A stretch of DNA of 64,000 nt from an uncultured virus (IMG/VR IMGVR_UViG_3300042691_036566). Lineage: Duplodnaviria; Heunggongvirae; Uroviricota; Caudoviricetes. The stretch covers positions 1 through 64,000 of the IMG/VR virus record IMGVR_UViG_3300042691_036566. One strand, given 5' to 3'. This document shows positions 39,177 through 49,447 of the stretch, piece by piece. How positions within the stretch are numbered: position 1 is the stretch's first letter; every line of letters starts with the position of its first letter. Both the position numbers and the translations under genes were made by a program. The notes under the pieces were generated by a model. It worked only from the letters and a program-made list of their open reading frames with translations. It was not told where the DNA came from and searched no databases.

Positions 39177-40822
39177 AATATGAAGAAGTGGCGAATTGGT
39201 AGCCTGATAACTGGTGTTTGGCAAAACTCCGCTGTATTTGAGATTTGTTATCCTTTGACTCTTTCAAATGGTACAAAGATGGTACATCTTAGGTGTATCA
39301 AAACAGAAACAGATTTACCAATGAGTGAACTGAAGTTTTCAAGATTATCTCACCTCGATGGTGAAATTGAATCTGGTAAGATTGTTGTTTTGTCGTACTG
39401 ATGTTTTACTATCACGCTGTAGTATTTTTGTGGGTTGACTTCACAAGCTGTCCGTGGTATACTGACGGGGTACTTTTGAGAAAAGGTGATCAAAATGGAT
39501 AATAGCGTACTTGTTGCTGATTTTACAGATGAAACATATAAGATGGTAATTGATCATATTAACACTCTCAATGATAAAGATATGTACGAGTGCTGGAGAA
39601 AGGTTGGTATTGCAAATGTAAATAATGCAATTCGTGTTCATAAAGAAATTCGTCCAAGGATCGTTAGATACCTTATGAGCGTTTACCATTCAGACGGAAA
39701 GGAAAAGAACACAAATGTCTAATGAGCAGAAGATCAAGCGTAATAGTGCAAAGTGTATGCTTTGTGGAGAAGAGATTGAGAGCAAGCATCGTCACGATTT
39801 TGTGATGTGCAAGTGTGAAAATCTATTCGTTGACGGCGGAAAAGATTATCTGCGTCGTGGCGCAAGAGACATTGACAAGTGTGTTGATACAAGCATCTAC
39901 GAGGAGGTCTGAAATGGAGTGTAATTGCCGCGATAATATGTATCTCGTTAATCGTGAGGAAGTTCATGAGTGGAACGATGATCTCTATGATCTCACAATT
40001 TTTGAAAATTGGGAGTGTGGCAGTTGCGGTAAGACAGAGCAAGTAGATAATACTGAGATTCTTTGCGAGAACCCGTACTAAATTTTAACCCCTAACCAGT
40101 AATACCCAAACCACTAAGAAAAAAGGAAACTACACAAATGGCTACTACCGTTACCAAGTCTGACATTATCTCTGCTATCACCCTGTATATCGCGTCTAAT
40201 GACGAGGGTCGAACTAACTGTCCCGTTAATTATCTAATTGACGAGAAGTTTGGCAAGCAACATAAGAAGCTGATTCTAAAGCTAGTTGCAGATCTAAAGA
40301 AGGCAGGAGCTATTGTCGGAAAGCGCGGTCGAACGGGCGGACTTTGTTTTCCCGAGTCTGCAACTATTGAGGCAAAATCAGTAGAGACCGAAGATTCTGA
40401 GAATGATGAGTCAGACGATACTGACGTTCGGGCAAGTGATGAAGATACCATTGAGCAAGATGGTATGGAAATCGAGCCTATTCCATTTTAATTAGGAATC
40501 GGGGGCAACCAATTAATTTTGGTTGCCCTTTCCTATTTATGGAGACCCAATGCACAACAATGAGTATTATACCAAGTTTTATATGGAAAATAAAACTGAA
40601 ACTGGATTTATAGTAATCACTGTTGAACACAGGTCTGCTCATATGGAATATAATAGAATAAAATTTAATGAGAGAAAGTATGAAACAATGGTCTTTCCAT
40701 GCAAAAATGATGGATCGCCAGATATTGACAGATGTGTAAAAACAAAGTATACATACTCAGAAGATAAAGCGTATTTGTGTCACTTACAAACATGGGAAAG
40801 TTTCAGAGGAAACAATGATTAG
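39177..40822 (+). CDS. Cluster of small early ORFs including Zn-ribbon proteins (39715, ~39913) and a winged-helix-like protein with acidic tail (40138-40491)
   Basis: CxxC...CxC...VDGG (39715); GKRGRTGG wing-like motif (40138); TACTCTA-class promoter 39407-39463. Confidence 0.55.
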
Positions 40823-41465
40823 TCTTTCGCAAGGAAACGCAAAGCTTAGTAAGCCAAACGGAACCGAATATAAAATTATCGGTTTCGGAATTCCAGCATA
40901 TATGGACTTTTCTGTAAACGGAGAGTCGTATAATACCTGTCGAGGCGCTAATGCTTGCATTAAACCTTGTTATGCGCGGCAGGGTCGTTATTTGATGCCT
41001 AATGTAAAAGCTGCAAGGGAAAAGAATCTTGATGCTACCATTTCAAATTATTTTGTAAATGATATGGTCGAGGCGCTAAGATCAAAGCGTAGTTATAACA
41101 CTGTTCGCGTACATGATTCTGGTGACTTCTATAATCAAGAGTATCTTGACAAGTGGTATGAAATTGCAACCAAGATGCCTGATAGGTTATTTTACGCCTA
41201 CACAAAAGCACTTGATCTTGATCTGTGGACAAATAAGCCATCTAATTTTCAGATTATTCAATCTTTAGGTGGAATCTATGATAGAATCCTTGATAGGTCT
41301 AAGAGTCATTCTCGTATCTTTTCAAGCCATGAGGCAAGAGAGAAAGCCGGTTACATTGATGGTAATGTAAACGATCTTCCAGCAATTACTGGCGAGATTA
41401 ATATTGGCCTTGTTTATCATGGTCAAAAGAAGCTGACACTTACACAGATTAATTACTTTTCCTAG
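40815..41465 (+). CDS. Phage Gp88-like protein (radical-SAM-like Cys motif)
   Basis: GNAKL, CRGANACIKPCYA, VRVHDSGDFY, FYAYTK. Confidence 0.75.
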   Translation: MISLSQGNAKLSKPNGTEYKIIGFGIPAYMDFSVNGESYNTCRGANACIKPCYARQGRYLMPNVKAAREKNLDATISNYFVNDMVEALRSKRSYNTVRVHDSGDFYNQEYLDKWYEIATKMPDRLFYAYTKALDLDLWTNKPSNFQIIQSLGGIYDRILDRSKSHSRIFSSHEAREKAGYIDGNVNDLPAITGEINIGLVYHGQKKLTLTQINYFS

Positions 41466-41473
41466 GAGATAAA

Positions 41474-44400
41474 ATGTTTGATTTGGATTTGATGGGCAAG
41501 ATGCAATCATATGATAAGCAGAAGAAGCACTATACTAAGAATGGTAGGTACTTTATTTCAACAAATCTAACCTGGGATCAGGGTTGGGAGACTATGGTCT
41601 TTAATCGTAATTCTGAGACAGGTGACATTGATTTTGCAGAAGTGGACGTTGATCGTTATAACGATGAAACTGAAGCATATGAAGGTCATGAAGAAATGAT
41701 CCGCAAGTGGGAGGCGAAGGCTTAATATGGGCGTCGTAAAATGTACTTCCTGCAAACGATATATTGATGAATCAGAAGTTGTGATGGTGCCAGTAGATGA
41801 TACGCATGATGCTCCATATTGCGTAAGTTGCGCTCCAGAAGATGATAGTGATTCCTATGACGAGGATTATTAATGACTGAAATTAGCAGAACTGATATGG
41901 TATTTAAACATTACGGTACAAATCAAAAAATGTCTGGTGATCAAATGCTTTTCTCTGTAGAGTGGAATTCAGTATCGCCAGCCGCCGTTCATATTCCTCA
42001 AACCGAGGTAAATAAGTGGGTTGAGGAAATGGTACGCGAGATGATTGTAGAGGAAGGAAATTTACAATCTCGAGTTTGTGGTGATACAATTGTAACTGTA
42101 TTTAGGGAAGACGAAGACAAAAATTATTTTAGTGTTGAAGTTGCAAAACGCATTTCAGTAGCAAACGTGATTGAGCGAAAAGGGGTGTAACGTGAAACAG
42201 TATTGGAACATTAAGGCAATCTATCCACTTGGTGGGCATTTAATCAGAAACAACAAAGGCGAACTATTGCGCTATGAAAGTGAGCAACTGGCAGCATTTG
42301 AGTGTGAATGCATGAACAGCAAACGCCCTGATTCAACCACAAAGTTTATTACTGTTAAGGAACAGTAATTTAGGGCAGATGATATACTCTATCCCTAGTG
42401 TTTCTTTGTGGGTTGACTTTACACGCGGTCTTTGATACAATGGGTGGGTAAGGTTGAGGGAGATGCTATGAAAATTAATGTCGGCTCAATTGTTACCCAT
42501 CCATTGTTTCTTGGACCGGGTGTTGTAATGAATATTCACAACGAGAACGGAAAACAGATTGTGCAGGTAATGTGGCAATCTATGGGTAGATACGGATTTC
42601 ATAGTTTGGATCATCTGGAACTAATCACGGAAAACTTTTTCACGGAGAATGAATAAAATGGGTTATCTTGCTGACCGCGCTCGCAATCGTAGTTTTAACT
42701 CTGCCCCTGCAACGGATCGCGTTACTGATCCTGTTGTTGGCGAACGTCTTACCAAGCTGCTTGCAAATGCGTCCCTGACGCAGAAGGATCGTGAATTTAT
42801 TACGAGCCTTGATAGCACTTGGAAGCGGTTTAACAACATGAGCGCCAATCAGTATAAGTATTTTGAGGTTGTCGAGAATCGGTATGATCCTGCTGTAGTT
42901 GCTCAAGCGCAGGCAGATCGTGCTGCATGGGCAAACACTTGGGATGCTTGGAAGGCGAAGCAGCTTGAGATTTGCGCTAAGTATTATTCCCAGACTCCTT
43001 ACTTCCAAGATTTGGCAGCTAAGGCTCTCAAGGATAAGTCGTTCATCCCGACTGAAAAGCAGTTCCGCGCTATGTGTGAGAACAAGTATGCAAAGCGTCT
43101 AATTCATAACATGACAAATAATGCTTTTGAGCCGGGTGATGTTGTTCAAATGCGTCGTCGTGGTGATGAACCCGAAGTTGGTACAGTCGTCAAGGTTCTT
43201 GACGAGGTTAATCGTCGCTCTGCAAACATTGGTGGTCGTCAGTACCGAGTCCTTTGGATGAATTCTGGCGAGGAAAACACCGTTGAAGAGAAGATGCTCA
43301 AGAAGTATCGGATGAAGGATTAATAATGTCAACTAAAATTCCTTATGAGCAAATGGTTTTTTATTACGAAATTGCCGTAAATAAGGCACTTGAAAAACTA
43401 TTTAGCGAAGATGCAGAACATGGCTGGACTAAAGAAGAATTTGATAAAATGTTGTATGAGGAGGCGCTAAGAAATGCGTTGCAGGGAAGAGAACACGTTG
43501 TACATTGATCCTAACGATATTAAAACTAGAGATTACAATATGCTGCTTATTATCGCTGGAGCGACTAAGGCAGCAATTCATGTTGATAAGAGGAAAGAAA
43601 ATAATCGCAAGGCTTGCCGTAATTGGAAAAACAATAGGGAGGAATAGTGGGTTACACAAGTTCACAGTATAAGTTGGATTTTAAGTATAAGCATGGTACT
43701 AAAAGGAAGTATAATGCTGATGAATGTATTTTTTATCACAACAGCTCTTATTATAGACATCAAGGCTTGCTGAGTCAAATTCACAGAGATTATATAGAGT
43801 CTGGAAAAGAGAAAGAATTCTGGTCAATGATGGTTGATTCAGATTATCCAGAAGAAGTAGGATTTCAACAAGAAATTGTTAAGACGCAATTTCAAGAAAT
43901 GTTGAAATTTGTAGCAGATGGAAAGCCATCTGAGCAATATAGGCCAGAAGATGGAACTAGGCTAACTTATGAATTTCAGACAGTTACAAACATGGTCGCT
44001 AAAAAAATTGCGATGCGTACTGCTACATTTCAAGATGCTGTAAATGCTTTTAATGAATGGATCAAAACTCGTCCCGGTGTTGCCGAAGTATATAATGCAT
44101 ATCGTGTTGAAGTCAATGCCAGGATTCGTAACCGCAAGAGTACATATGAATATGGCAGTCAAGGTGAAGAACTAGCAGAAGAACTTACTTTGTATTCTTT
44201 TGCACAAGCCTGTAATGGTAGAAAATTTAAGTCGATGGTAGAAAATTCAAGACCGTTGAAGTTTTCTGCTGGAGATGTTGTAAGGCTGAAGCGTGAATTT
44301 TATGATAAGCGTGGGAAAGATCCACTATATCATAATTACAATCCCGATCTAAAGAAGATGGATCGAATTGGCACTGTAATGAAAAAAATTGGTGCAAATC

Positions 44401-46408
44401 ACACTTATGGTGTGGGATCGCGTGAAATTAGGGTCATGTGGTTTATGCACGGTCAAGAATCTGCTGTAATGGAGCGATGCCTGAAACTTGTTGACGTTGA
44501 CGAGTTACCAGCCGCCGCAGATAGTAAATAATATGATTTGGGCAGCAATTGCATTTGGTTTTATCTGCATTCTTTTTGTTTTTGCAGCCATATCAGTATT
44601 TGTGGAAATTGTCGTAGATATTATACAACGTATCTACGACTTTTTCCGCTACCTGTAAGGAGTCAATATGTCAACAACTGGAAAACCACAAAAACTGTAC
44701 AAAACAACAATTACAATCTGGACTGAGTATCCCACAAACGAGTGGAGTATTGAGGACTTAGCGCGAGAAGCAACAAGAGGCGATGCTTACTGTGAGAGTC
44801 AGAAATGTGTGGGCGTATCGGACCCAGCAAAATTTCCACAAACAGAATTTTTTGGCGATGATACGGTCGATGATGATTAGCAGAGAAAAGTTAGATACAA
44901 CTTTAATAATTTTGTCTCTTATATATCTTGTGTCATTTATTGTGTATATGGTTTCTCTCAGAGGGTAAAATGGAAAACGATAAGCTAGTGCAGGCGCAAA
45001 AGGAAGCTGCTGAATTTGGAATGGTTGCTCTTAGAATCTGGATGTATGCTTACGAAAATGCTAGGGCAAGTAATAGCATGGAGGATTCTATCAAGATTGC
45101 AAACGATTCACTACACGAAGAAGATTGGCGTTTTCACCAGCAAAACTGGATGAAGCGTGGTGCAACACTTGCTGATGTTGTTTAGAGGGTGAAATGGACA
45201 TTGAATATGTAGATAGCAAAGTTCCTACAAAACAATTATATACCCTATCGCTTGGTGATGTATTTACCATTCCTGATGGGTTTAATGATGTTTGTATGTA
45301 TCTTGGATATGATCATCAGAACAATCTATATGAGTACGTGATTCTTGGGGAATATCCAGAAAAAACTTTTGTTGAGGAAAAAGAAAAAGACCTGTTGGTT
45401 AGGGAATTAAAAGCTAAGTTGGTTGTGGAGATTTAATGCAGGAATCAGTGTATATCGTTACAAGACATAATCCAGATATGAGGGACCATATGGTTGAAAT
45501 TATGGGTGTCTTTAGGAATGAATCAGAAGCGCAAAAACGTAGACAAGAAATCTGGGATAGAAAAGAAATACTAACCCATGTTCAATCATATTTTGTTCTA
45601 GACACTCTTGACTGGGAAGAGAAGGTATAAAATGCAGAACCGTGTTATTCCGATGGGTGAACTAAAGGCTATGCTCGACAAGTATTTCACCACTAATCCA
45701 GATCTTCCTGAGATTATGGAAGATTTCAACGATGCACTAAATGGTGGTTGCAAGTTTGCACTTCTACAGTTTGATGAAGATGGTAGCGTTGCTTGGGATT
45801 TTCTAAGTGATGTTCGTGTTTGCGATGATCCTAACTGTACGGTCGATCACGATAACGTAACTGATATGAGCCAGCATACGTTTGATGAGTTGAAGTCGTG
45901 ATAACCTTAACATCTGGTGGAGTTGTTTATAAACATAAATTAGAGGCAGTTGCTGGTGATTTGTGGATTTCTACAAACCCACCTTATACAAGTTTAGTGG
46001 GAATTGTTAGAGTCTGTGGTAACTATATTGAGGTTGAACCCATGACACCAGATTCACCAATGTTGCAGCTTTATGCAACACAGTTTTATACACAGTTTAT
46101 GAAGGTTACAAAATATACCCGTAAATGCTATAATGATAAAAAGGTGACAGATGGAAAACGAGATTCCTAAGCATCGCTCAAAAAAAAATAGACGTAAATG
46201 GTGCAAAGGAAAAGAGGGTGTTGAACATAAACCTGTTTGGGTAATGCGTGGCGATAATAGCAATGCTTTAGATTTTCGCTGTGAGAACTGTAATAAAATT
46301 CTAGACACATATTGGGATTTTATGAGAGAATTTAGAATAAGGTATTACGGGGAAGATCCAGGTCCACCTCCAAATGTTGGCTCAAGAGAGCCATTAAAAA
46401 ATATTTAA
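41474..46408 (+). CDS. Run of about 17 small to medium hypothetical early ORFs (including 42649-43323 and 43647-44531 with related C-terminal SH3/KOW-like domains; sub-60-aa ORFs 41727-41873 and 43474-43647)
   Basis: Coupled ORFs; F.xGDVV.L...G.V...G.R...V.W motif in both larger ORFs; promoter 42385-42441. Confidence 0.55.
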
Positions 46409-46485
46409 CAAAAAAATAAACTGTGATATAGTCTTTTCTAGAACTAGCTACTATATAGTTTATACAATGCCATGCGTAACCGATT

Positions 46486-46744
46486 AAAAAACGACATGGT
46501 GCCTAAATAAAGTGCTTGACTCCCTCCGCTGCCCGTGGTACAATGTGCGGGTAAGTTTGAGAGAGAAACAGTATCAGAGGTTTGTTATGAAAACGCTTTT
46601 ATCAACATTAAGTTATAAGCGAAATCAATGCAGGGTTGTCGATCCGTCGTTTAAATACGAACCGACCCAAACAAACTTTCTCATACAGAGTTGGCGCTAA
46701 TCCGAAAAAAAACGACATGGCACTGAAAAAAAGTGCTTGACTCC
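46486..46744 (+). repeat. Imperfect direct repeat of a promoter unit (46486-46523 and 46707-46744)
   Basis: AAAAAACGACATGG...AAAGTGCTTGACTCC occurs twice. Confidence 0.8.
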
Positions 46745-46859
46745 GCCCGCCGACTTGTGGTATAATCTACCGGGCGGTTGTGCAGCGTTATGAATGAAAT
46801 TTTTACTCTATCGCTGCTGTTTTTTTCTTCTTGACCGGCACTTTTGCTTGTGCTATAAT
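46516..46859 (+). promoter_or_regulatory. Three tandem sigma70 promoters driving the tRNA/ncRNA operon
   Basis: TTGACT-N17-TACAAT (46516), TTGACT-N18-TATAAT (46737), TTGACC-N17-TATAAT (46831). Confidence 0.8.
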
Positions 46860-46892
46860 GGGCAGGTAATTAAGTGAGAAAGAAAAAAACTT

Positions 46893-46905
46893 TGCTCTTT
46901 AACAA
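46893..46905 (+). promoter_or_regulatory. boxA: rRNA-operon-type boxA antitermination element
   Basis: TGCTCTTTAACAA matches the rrn boxA consensus; lies between the last promoter and the first tRNA. Confidence 0.8.
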
Positions 46906-46942
46906 CTGAATTAAGTATGATATAGTAATTAATGTAAGTTAT

Positions 46943-47033
46943 GCGCCGTCGCATTGGATGCAGGGGAGACTTATAAACTCCTTCCGACAGATTATCGGCC
47001 TTAGTGTGGGTTCGATTCCCTCACGGCGCACCA
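46943..47033 (+). tRNA. tRNA-Ile(UAU), atypical, long variable arm
   Basis: GCGCCGT/ACGGCGC-A-CCA; anticodon loop CTTATAA; GGTTCGATTCC. Confidence 0.75.
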
Positions 47034-47117
47034 TAAGGCAAAGAGATGCCATTGTTGGTTTCCAACAGAAATACTCTGACGGGTTTGCAAGTTCCCTTGA
47101 CAAAAACTTGCCCATAT

Positions 47118-47203
47118 GGGTGTGTGGTGGAATGGTATACACGACAGACTTAAAATCTGTTGCCTTAACAGGCTTGACGGTTCGAGTCCGTCCACACCTA
47201 CCA
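47118..47203 (+). tRNA. tRNA-Leu(UAA)
   Basis: Cloverleaf, loop CTTAAAA, long variable arm, CCA. Confidence 0.95.
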
Positions 47204-47210
47204 ATTTAAT

Positions 47211-47287
47211 GGTTCCGTAGCTCAATTGGATAGAGCAAGTGGCTTCTACCCACTAGGTTGCAGGTTCGACTCCTGCCGGGATCGCCA
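47211..47287 (+). tRNA. tRNA-Arg(UCU)
   Basis: Loop CTTCTAC, CCA. Confidence 0.95.
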
Positions 47288-47302
47288 ATTTAGGAGAGTT
47301 CA

Positions 47303-47503
47303 ATGAATCGTTTTAAGCCGGGTGATCTTGTAACTTGTATCTTCTCAGAAGAGATTATTCAGCCAATGCGAATCGTTGGACCAAATTTGTGGTATGGTAG
47401 TAATAGCGGAGTTTATTATGTAGTCGGTAAGCATAGACGAAATGGTAACGAAGTTACTATAACCCTAACAGAATCTGTACTAAAAGAATATGTTGATCCG
47501 TAG
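47303..47503 (+). CDS. Small SH3/KOW-like protein inside the tRNA cluster
   Basis: AGGAG RBS, FKPGDLV motif; stop codon lies inside tRNA-Asn. Confidence 0.6.
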   Translation: MNRFKPGDLVTCIFSEEIIQPMRIVGPNLWYGSNSGVYYVVGKHRRNGNEVTITLTESVLKEYVDP

Positions 47504-47569
47504 CCAAGCAGGTAAGGCAGCGAGCTGTTAACTCGCCTACCGTAGGTTCGAATCCTACCGGATCAGCCA
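47494..47569 (+). tRNA. tRNA-Asn(GUU)
   Basis: Loop CTGTTAA, G73, CCA. Confidence 0.95.
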
Positions 47570-47575
47570 ATTCAT

Positions 47576-47652
47576 GGGAAATTAGCTCAGTCGGTTAGAG
47601 CACTCGCCTTTTAAGCGATTGGTCGTGAGTTCGAATCTCACATTTCCTACCA
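47576..47652 (+). tRNA. tRNA-Lys(UUU)
   Basis: Loop CTTTTAA, CCA. Confidence 0.95.
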
Positions 47653-47656
47653 TAAC

Positions 47657-47708
47657 GGCCCTTGCCTCTGCCCGTTTAGTCTGTAGACTATTCGGGTACG
47701 CAGGGGTC
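47657..47708 (+). ncRNA. Small bulged-hairpin RNA between tRNAs
   Basis: GGCCCTTGC/GCAGGGGTC, TGCCCG/CGGGTA, TAGTC-TGTA-GACTA. Confidence 0.45.
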
Positions 47709-47717
47709 ATCTTTCAT

Positions 47718-47792
47718 GGCCCTATCGTCTAACGGTTAGGACACAGCCCTTTCAAGGCTGTTACAGCGGTTCAAATCCGCTTAGGGTCACCA
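47718..47792 (+). tRNA. tRNA-Glu(UUC)
   Basis: Loop CTTTCAA, CCA. Confidence 0.95.
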
Positions 47793-47797
47793 ATTAT

Positions 47798-47873
47798 GCT
47801 GCTTTAGCTGATGTGGTCATAGCGGAGGTCTGAAGAGCCTTTGAACTTGGTTCGATTCCAAGGGGCAGCACCA
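47798..47873 (+). tRNA. tRNA-Phe(GAA)
   Basis: Loop CTGAAGA, CCA. Confidence 0.92.
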
Positions 47874-47878
47874 AATAT

Positions 47879-47954
47879 GAATCGGTAACTCAATTGGTAG
47901 AGTAACTGGCTCTTAACCAGTTTGTTGAGGGTTCGATTCCCTCCCGATTCACCA
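47879..47954 (+). tRNA. tRNA-Lys(CUU)
   Basis: Loop CTCTTAA, CCA. Confidence 0.95.
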
Positions 47955-47956
47955 TT

Positions 47957-48270
47957 AGACGAGCGCACATAAGATTCCCCAATATGAGCGGGAATCTTAT
48001 GTGCGGTTCTTGCAGAAGCGAAGGAAGCTTAACTGCAATTAAGCGGTACTGACTCGTCTTTCTTTTTCGGTCTAATCTACCATCTGTGTTTCCTTTCGGG
48101 CAATCAACTCACAGAAAAAAGATTTTGGCTTGGAACTGCCAATGCTTGCGATGGAGCAAAAAGGTTCCACTAACATTAAGAAAGCGAGTGGTTCTCGTAT
48201 AGCGAAAGCTATAAATCAGCCAGCATCGAACAAGTTTCCAGCTTCTTGGCGAAAAAGCTGGACTTTTTTT
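47957..48270 (+). ncRNA. Structured non-coding region (three-way-junction RNA 47957-48059 plus a second hairpin-rich domain)
   Basis: AGACGAG/CTCGTCT closing stem, perfect 16-bp hairpin, TATAGC-GAAA-GCTATA, TCCAGC/GCTGGA followed by T-run. Confidence 0.55.
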
Positions 48271-48295
48271 GGAGACTGTTAAGATAATTAGAAAT

Positions 48296-48382
48296 GGGAG
48301 GTTATACCGTTAGAGGGACGGGGTAGACTGTAAATCTATCGTCCATGGGACTCCGTAGGCGCGACTCCTTCATCTCCCACCA
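48296..48382 (+). tRNA. tRNA-Tyr(GUA), non-canonical D/T loops
   Basis: Loop CTGTAAA, long variable arm, T-loop CGCGACT, CCA. Confidence 0.8.
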
Positions 48383-48386
48383 TAAC

Positions 48387-48463
48387 CGGGGTATAGCACA
48401 GCTTGGTAGTGCGCTTGATTTGGGATCAAGAGGTCGCAGGTTCGAATCCTGCTACCCCGACCA
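48387..48463 (+). tRNA. tRNA-Pro(UGG)
   Basis: C1-G72, loop TTTGGGA, CCA. Confidence 0.95.
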
Positions 48464-48475
48464 ATTTTGTTTTAT

Positions 48476-48550
48476 CGGAACATAGCTCAATGGTAGAGCG
48501 TCTGCTTTACACGCAGAATGTTACAGGTTCAAATCCTGTTGTTCCGACCA
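48476..48550 (+). tRNA. tRNA-Val(UAC)
   Basis: Loop TTTACAC; C1-G72 acceptor; CCA. Confidence 0.9.
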
Positions 48551-48557
48551 AGATCGT

Positions 48558-48634
48558 TGAAACGTAGCTTAACAGGTTAAAGCATCTGTCTCATACGCAG
48601 ATTATTGTGGGTTCGACTCCCACCGTTTCAACCA
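48558..48634 (+). tRNA. tRNA-Met(CAU) (or Ile2 if lysidine-modified)
   Basis: Loop CTCATAC, U1-A72, CCA. Confidence 0.88.
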
Positions 48635-48639
48635 AAAGT

Positions 48640-48715
48640 GTGGACATATCTTAAATGGTTAAAGTACTGGACTGTGACTCCGGCTATACGGGTTCGATTC
48701 CCGTTGTCCACCCCA
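48640..48715 (+). tRNA. tRNA-His(GUG)
   Basis: Loop CTGTGAC, C73, CCA; position -1 is T. Confidence 0.9.
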
Positions 48716-48719
48716 ATTT

Positions 48720-48794
48720 GGCCCTATCGTCTAAAGGTTAGGACAAGAGATTCTCAATCTCTAGATCAGGGTTCAATTCCCTGTAGGGTCACCA
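48720..48794 (+). tRNA. tRNA-Glu(CUC)
   Basis: Loop TTCTCAA, CCA. Confidence 0.93.
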
Positions 48795-48821
48795 AATATG
48801 TTCTAACTACTTGAGGATAAT

Positions 48822-49202
48822 ATGAAGGAAAAGCAGGAAGAAAATAAAATCTATATGATTCGTCGTCGTAAAGATGGTCTTTTTTCATCTGGATCAAGTT
48901 GGCCGTGTTTTGGTCGTCATGGTAAAATGTGGGATTCGTTAAAGACTCTTAACCTACATCTAACCAATGTATACAAAGATAATTATTACGGAAGAAATGC
49001 TGTTCTAAAGCGTGGACAGGATGGAAGATTTAGCACGTTTGACTTTGGTGCATTTGCTGATATGAAGCACAATCCATATCTGAACTGCGATATTGTTGAG
49101 GTTGAACTTAGTTATAACGTCAAGGTAGATATCTTTAATCATCTTGCCCTGCGTTATGTTAAGGATGAAACCCCAGCAGAGGAAACAAAGTCAGAAACGT
49201 AA
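48822..49202 (+). CDS. Hypothetical protein in the tRNA cluster
   Basis: GAGG RBS; YMIRRRKDGLFS..G..W motif. Confidence 0.65.
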   Translation: MKEKQEENKIYMIRRRKDGLFSSGSSWPCFGRHGKMWDSLKTLNLHLTNVYKDNYYGRNAVLKRGQDGRFSTFDFGAFADMKHNPYLNCDIVEVELSYNVKVDIFNHLALRYVKDETPAEETKSET

Positions 49203-49209
49203 GGTTAGT

Positions 49210-49283
49210 GGGTCGTTAGTGTAATGGAAACATAACTGCCTCCAAATCAGTTGACGAGGGTTCGATTCCTTCACGACCTGCCA
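49210..49283 (+). tRNA. tRNA-Trp(CCA)
   Basis: Loop CTCCAAA, G73, CCA. Confidence 0.93.
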
Positions 49284-49287
49284 ACAT

Positions 49288-49364
49288 GGGGATATAACTC
49301 AATTGGAGAGAGTACCAGATTACGAGTCTGGAAGTTGTAGGTTCAACTCCTACTATCCTCGCCA
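49288..49364 (+). tRNA. tRNA-Arg(ACG)
   Basis: Loop TTACGAG, CCA. Confidence 0.93.
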
Positions 49365-49369
49365 TTTGT

Positions 49370-49444
49370 TGGGGAATCGTCTAACGGGCAGGACGGCAGA
49401 CTCTGAATCTGCCTATCTAGGTTCGAATCCTAGTTCTCCAACCA
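49370..49444 (+). tRNA. tRNA-Gln(CUG)
   Basis: U1-A72, loop CTCTGAA, CCA. Confidence 0.95.
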
Positions 49445-49447
49445 ATT

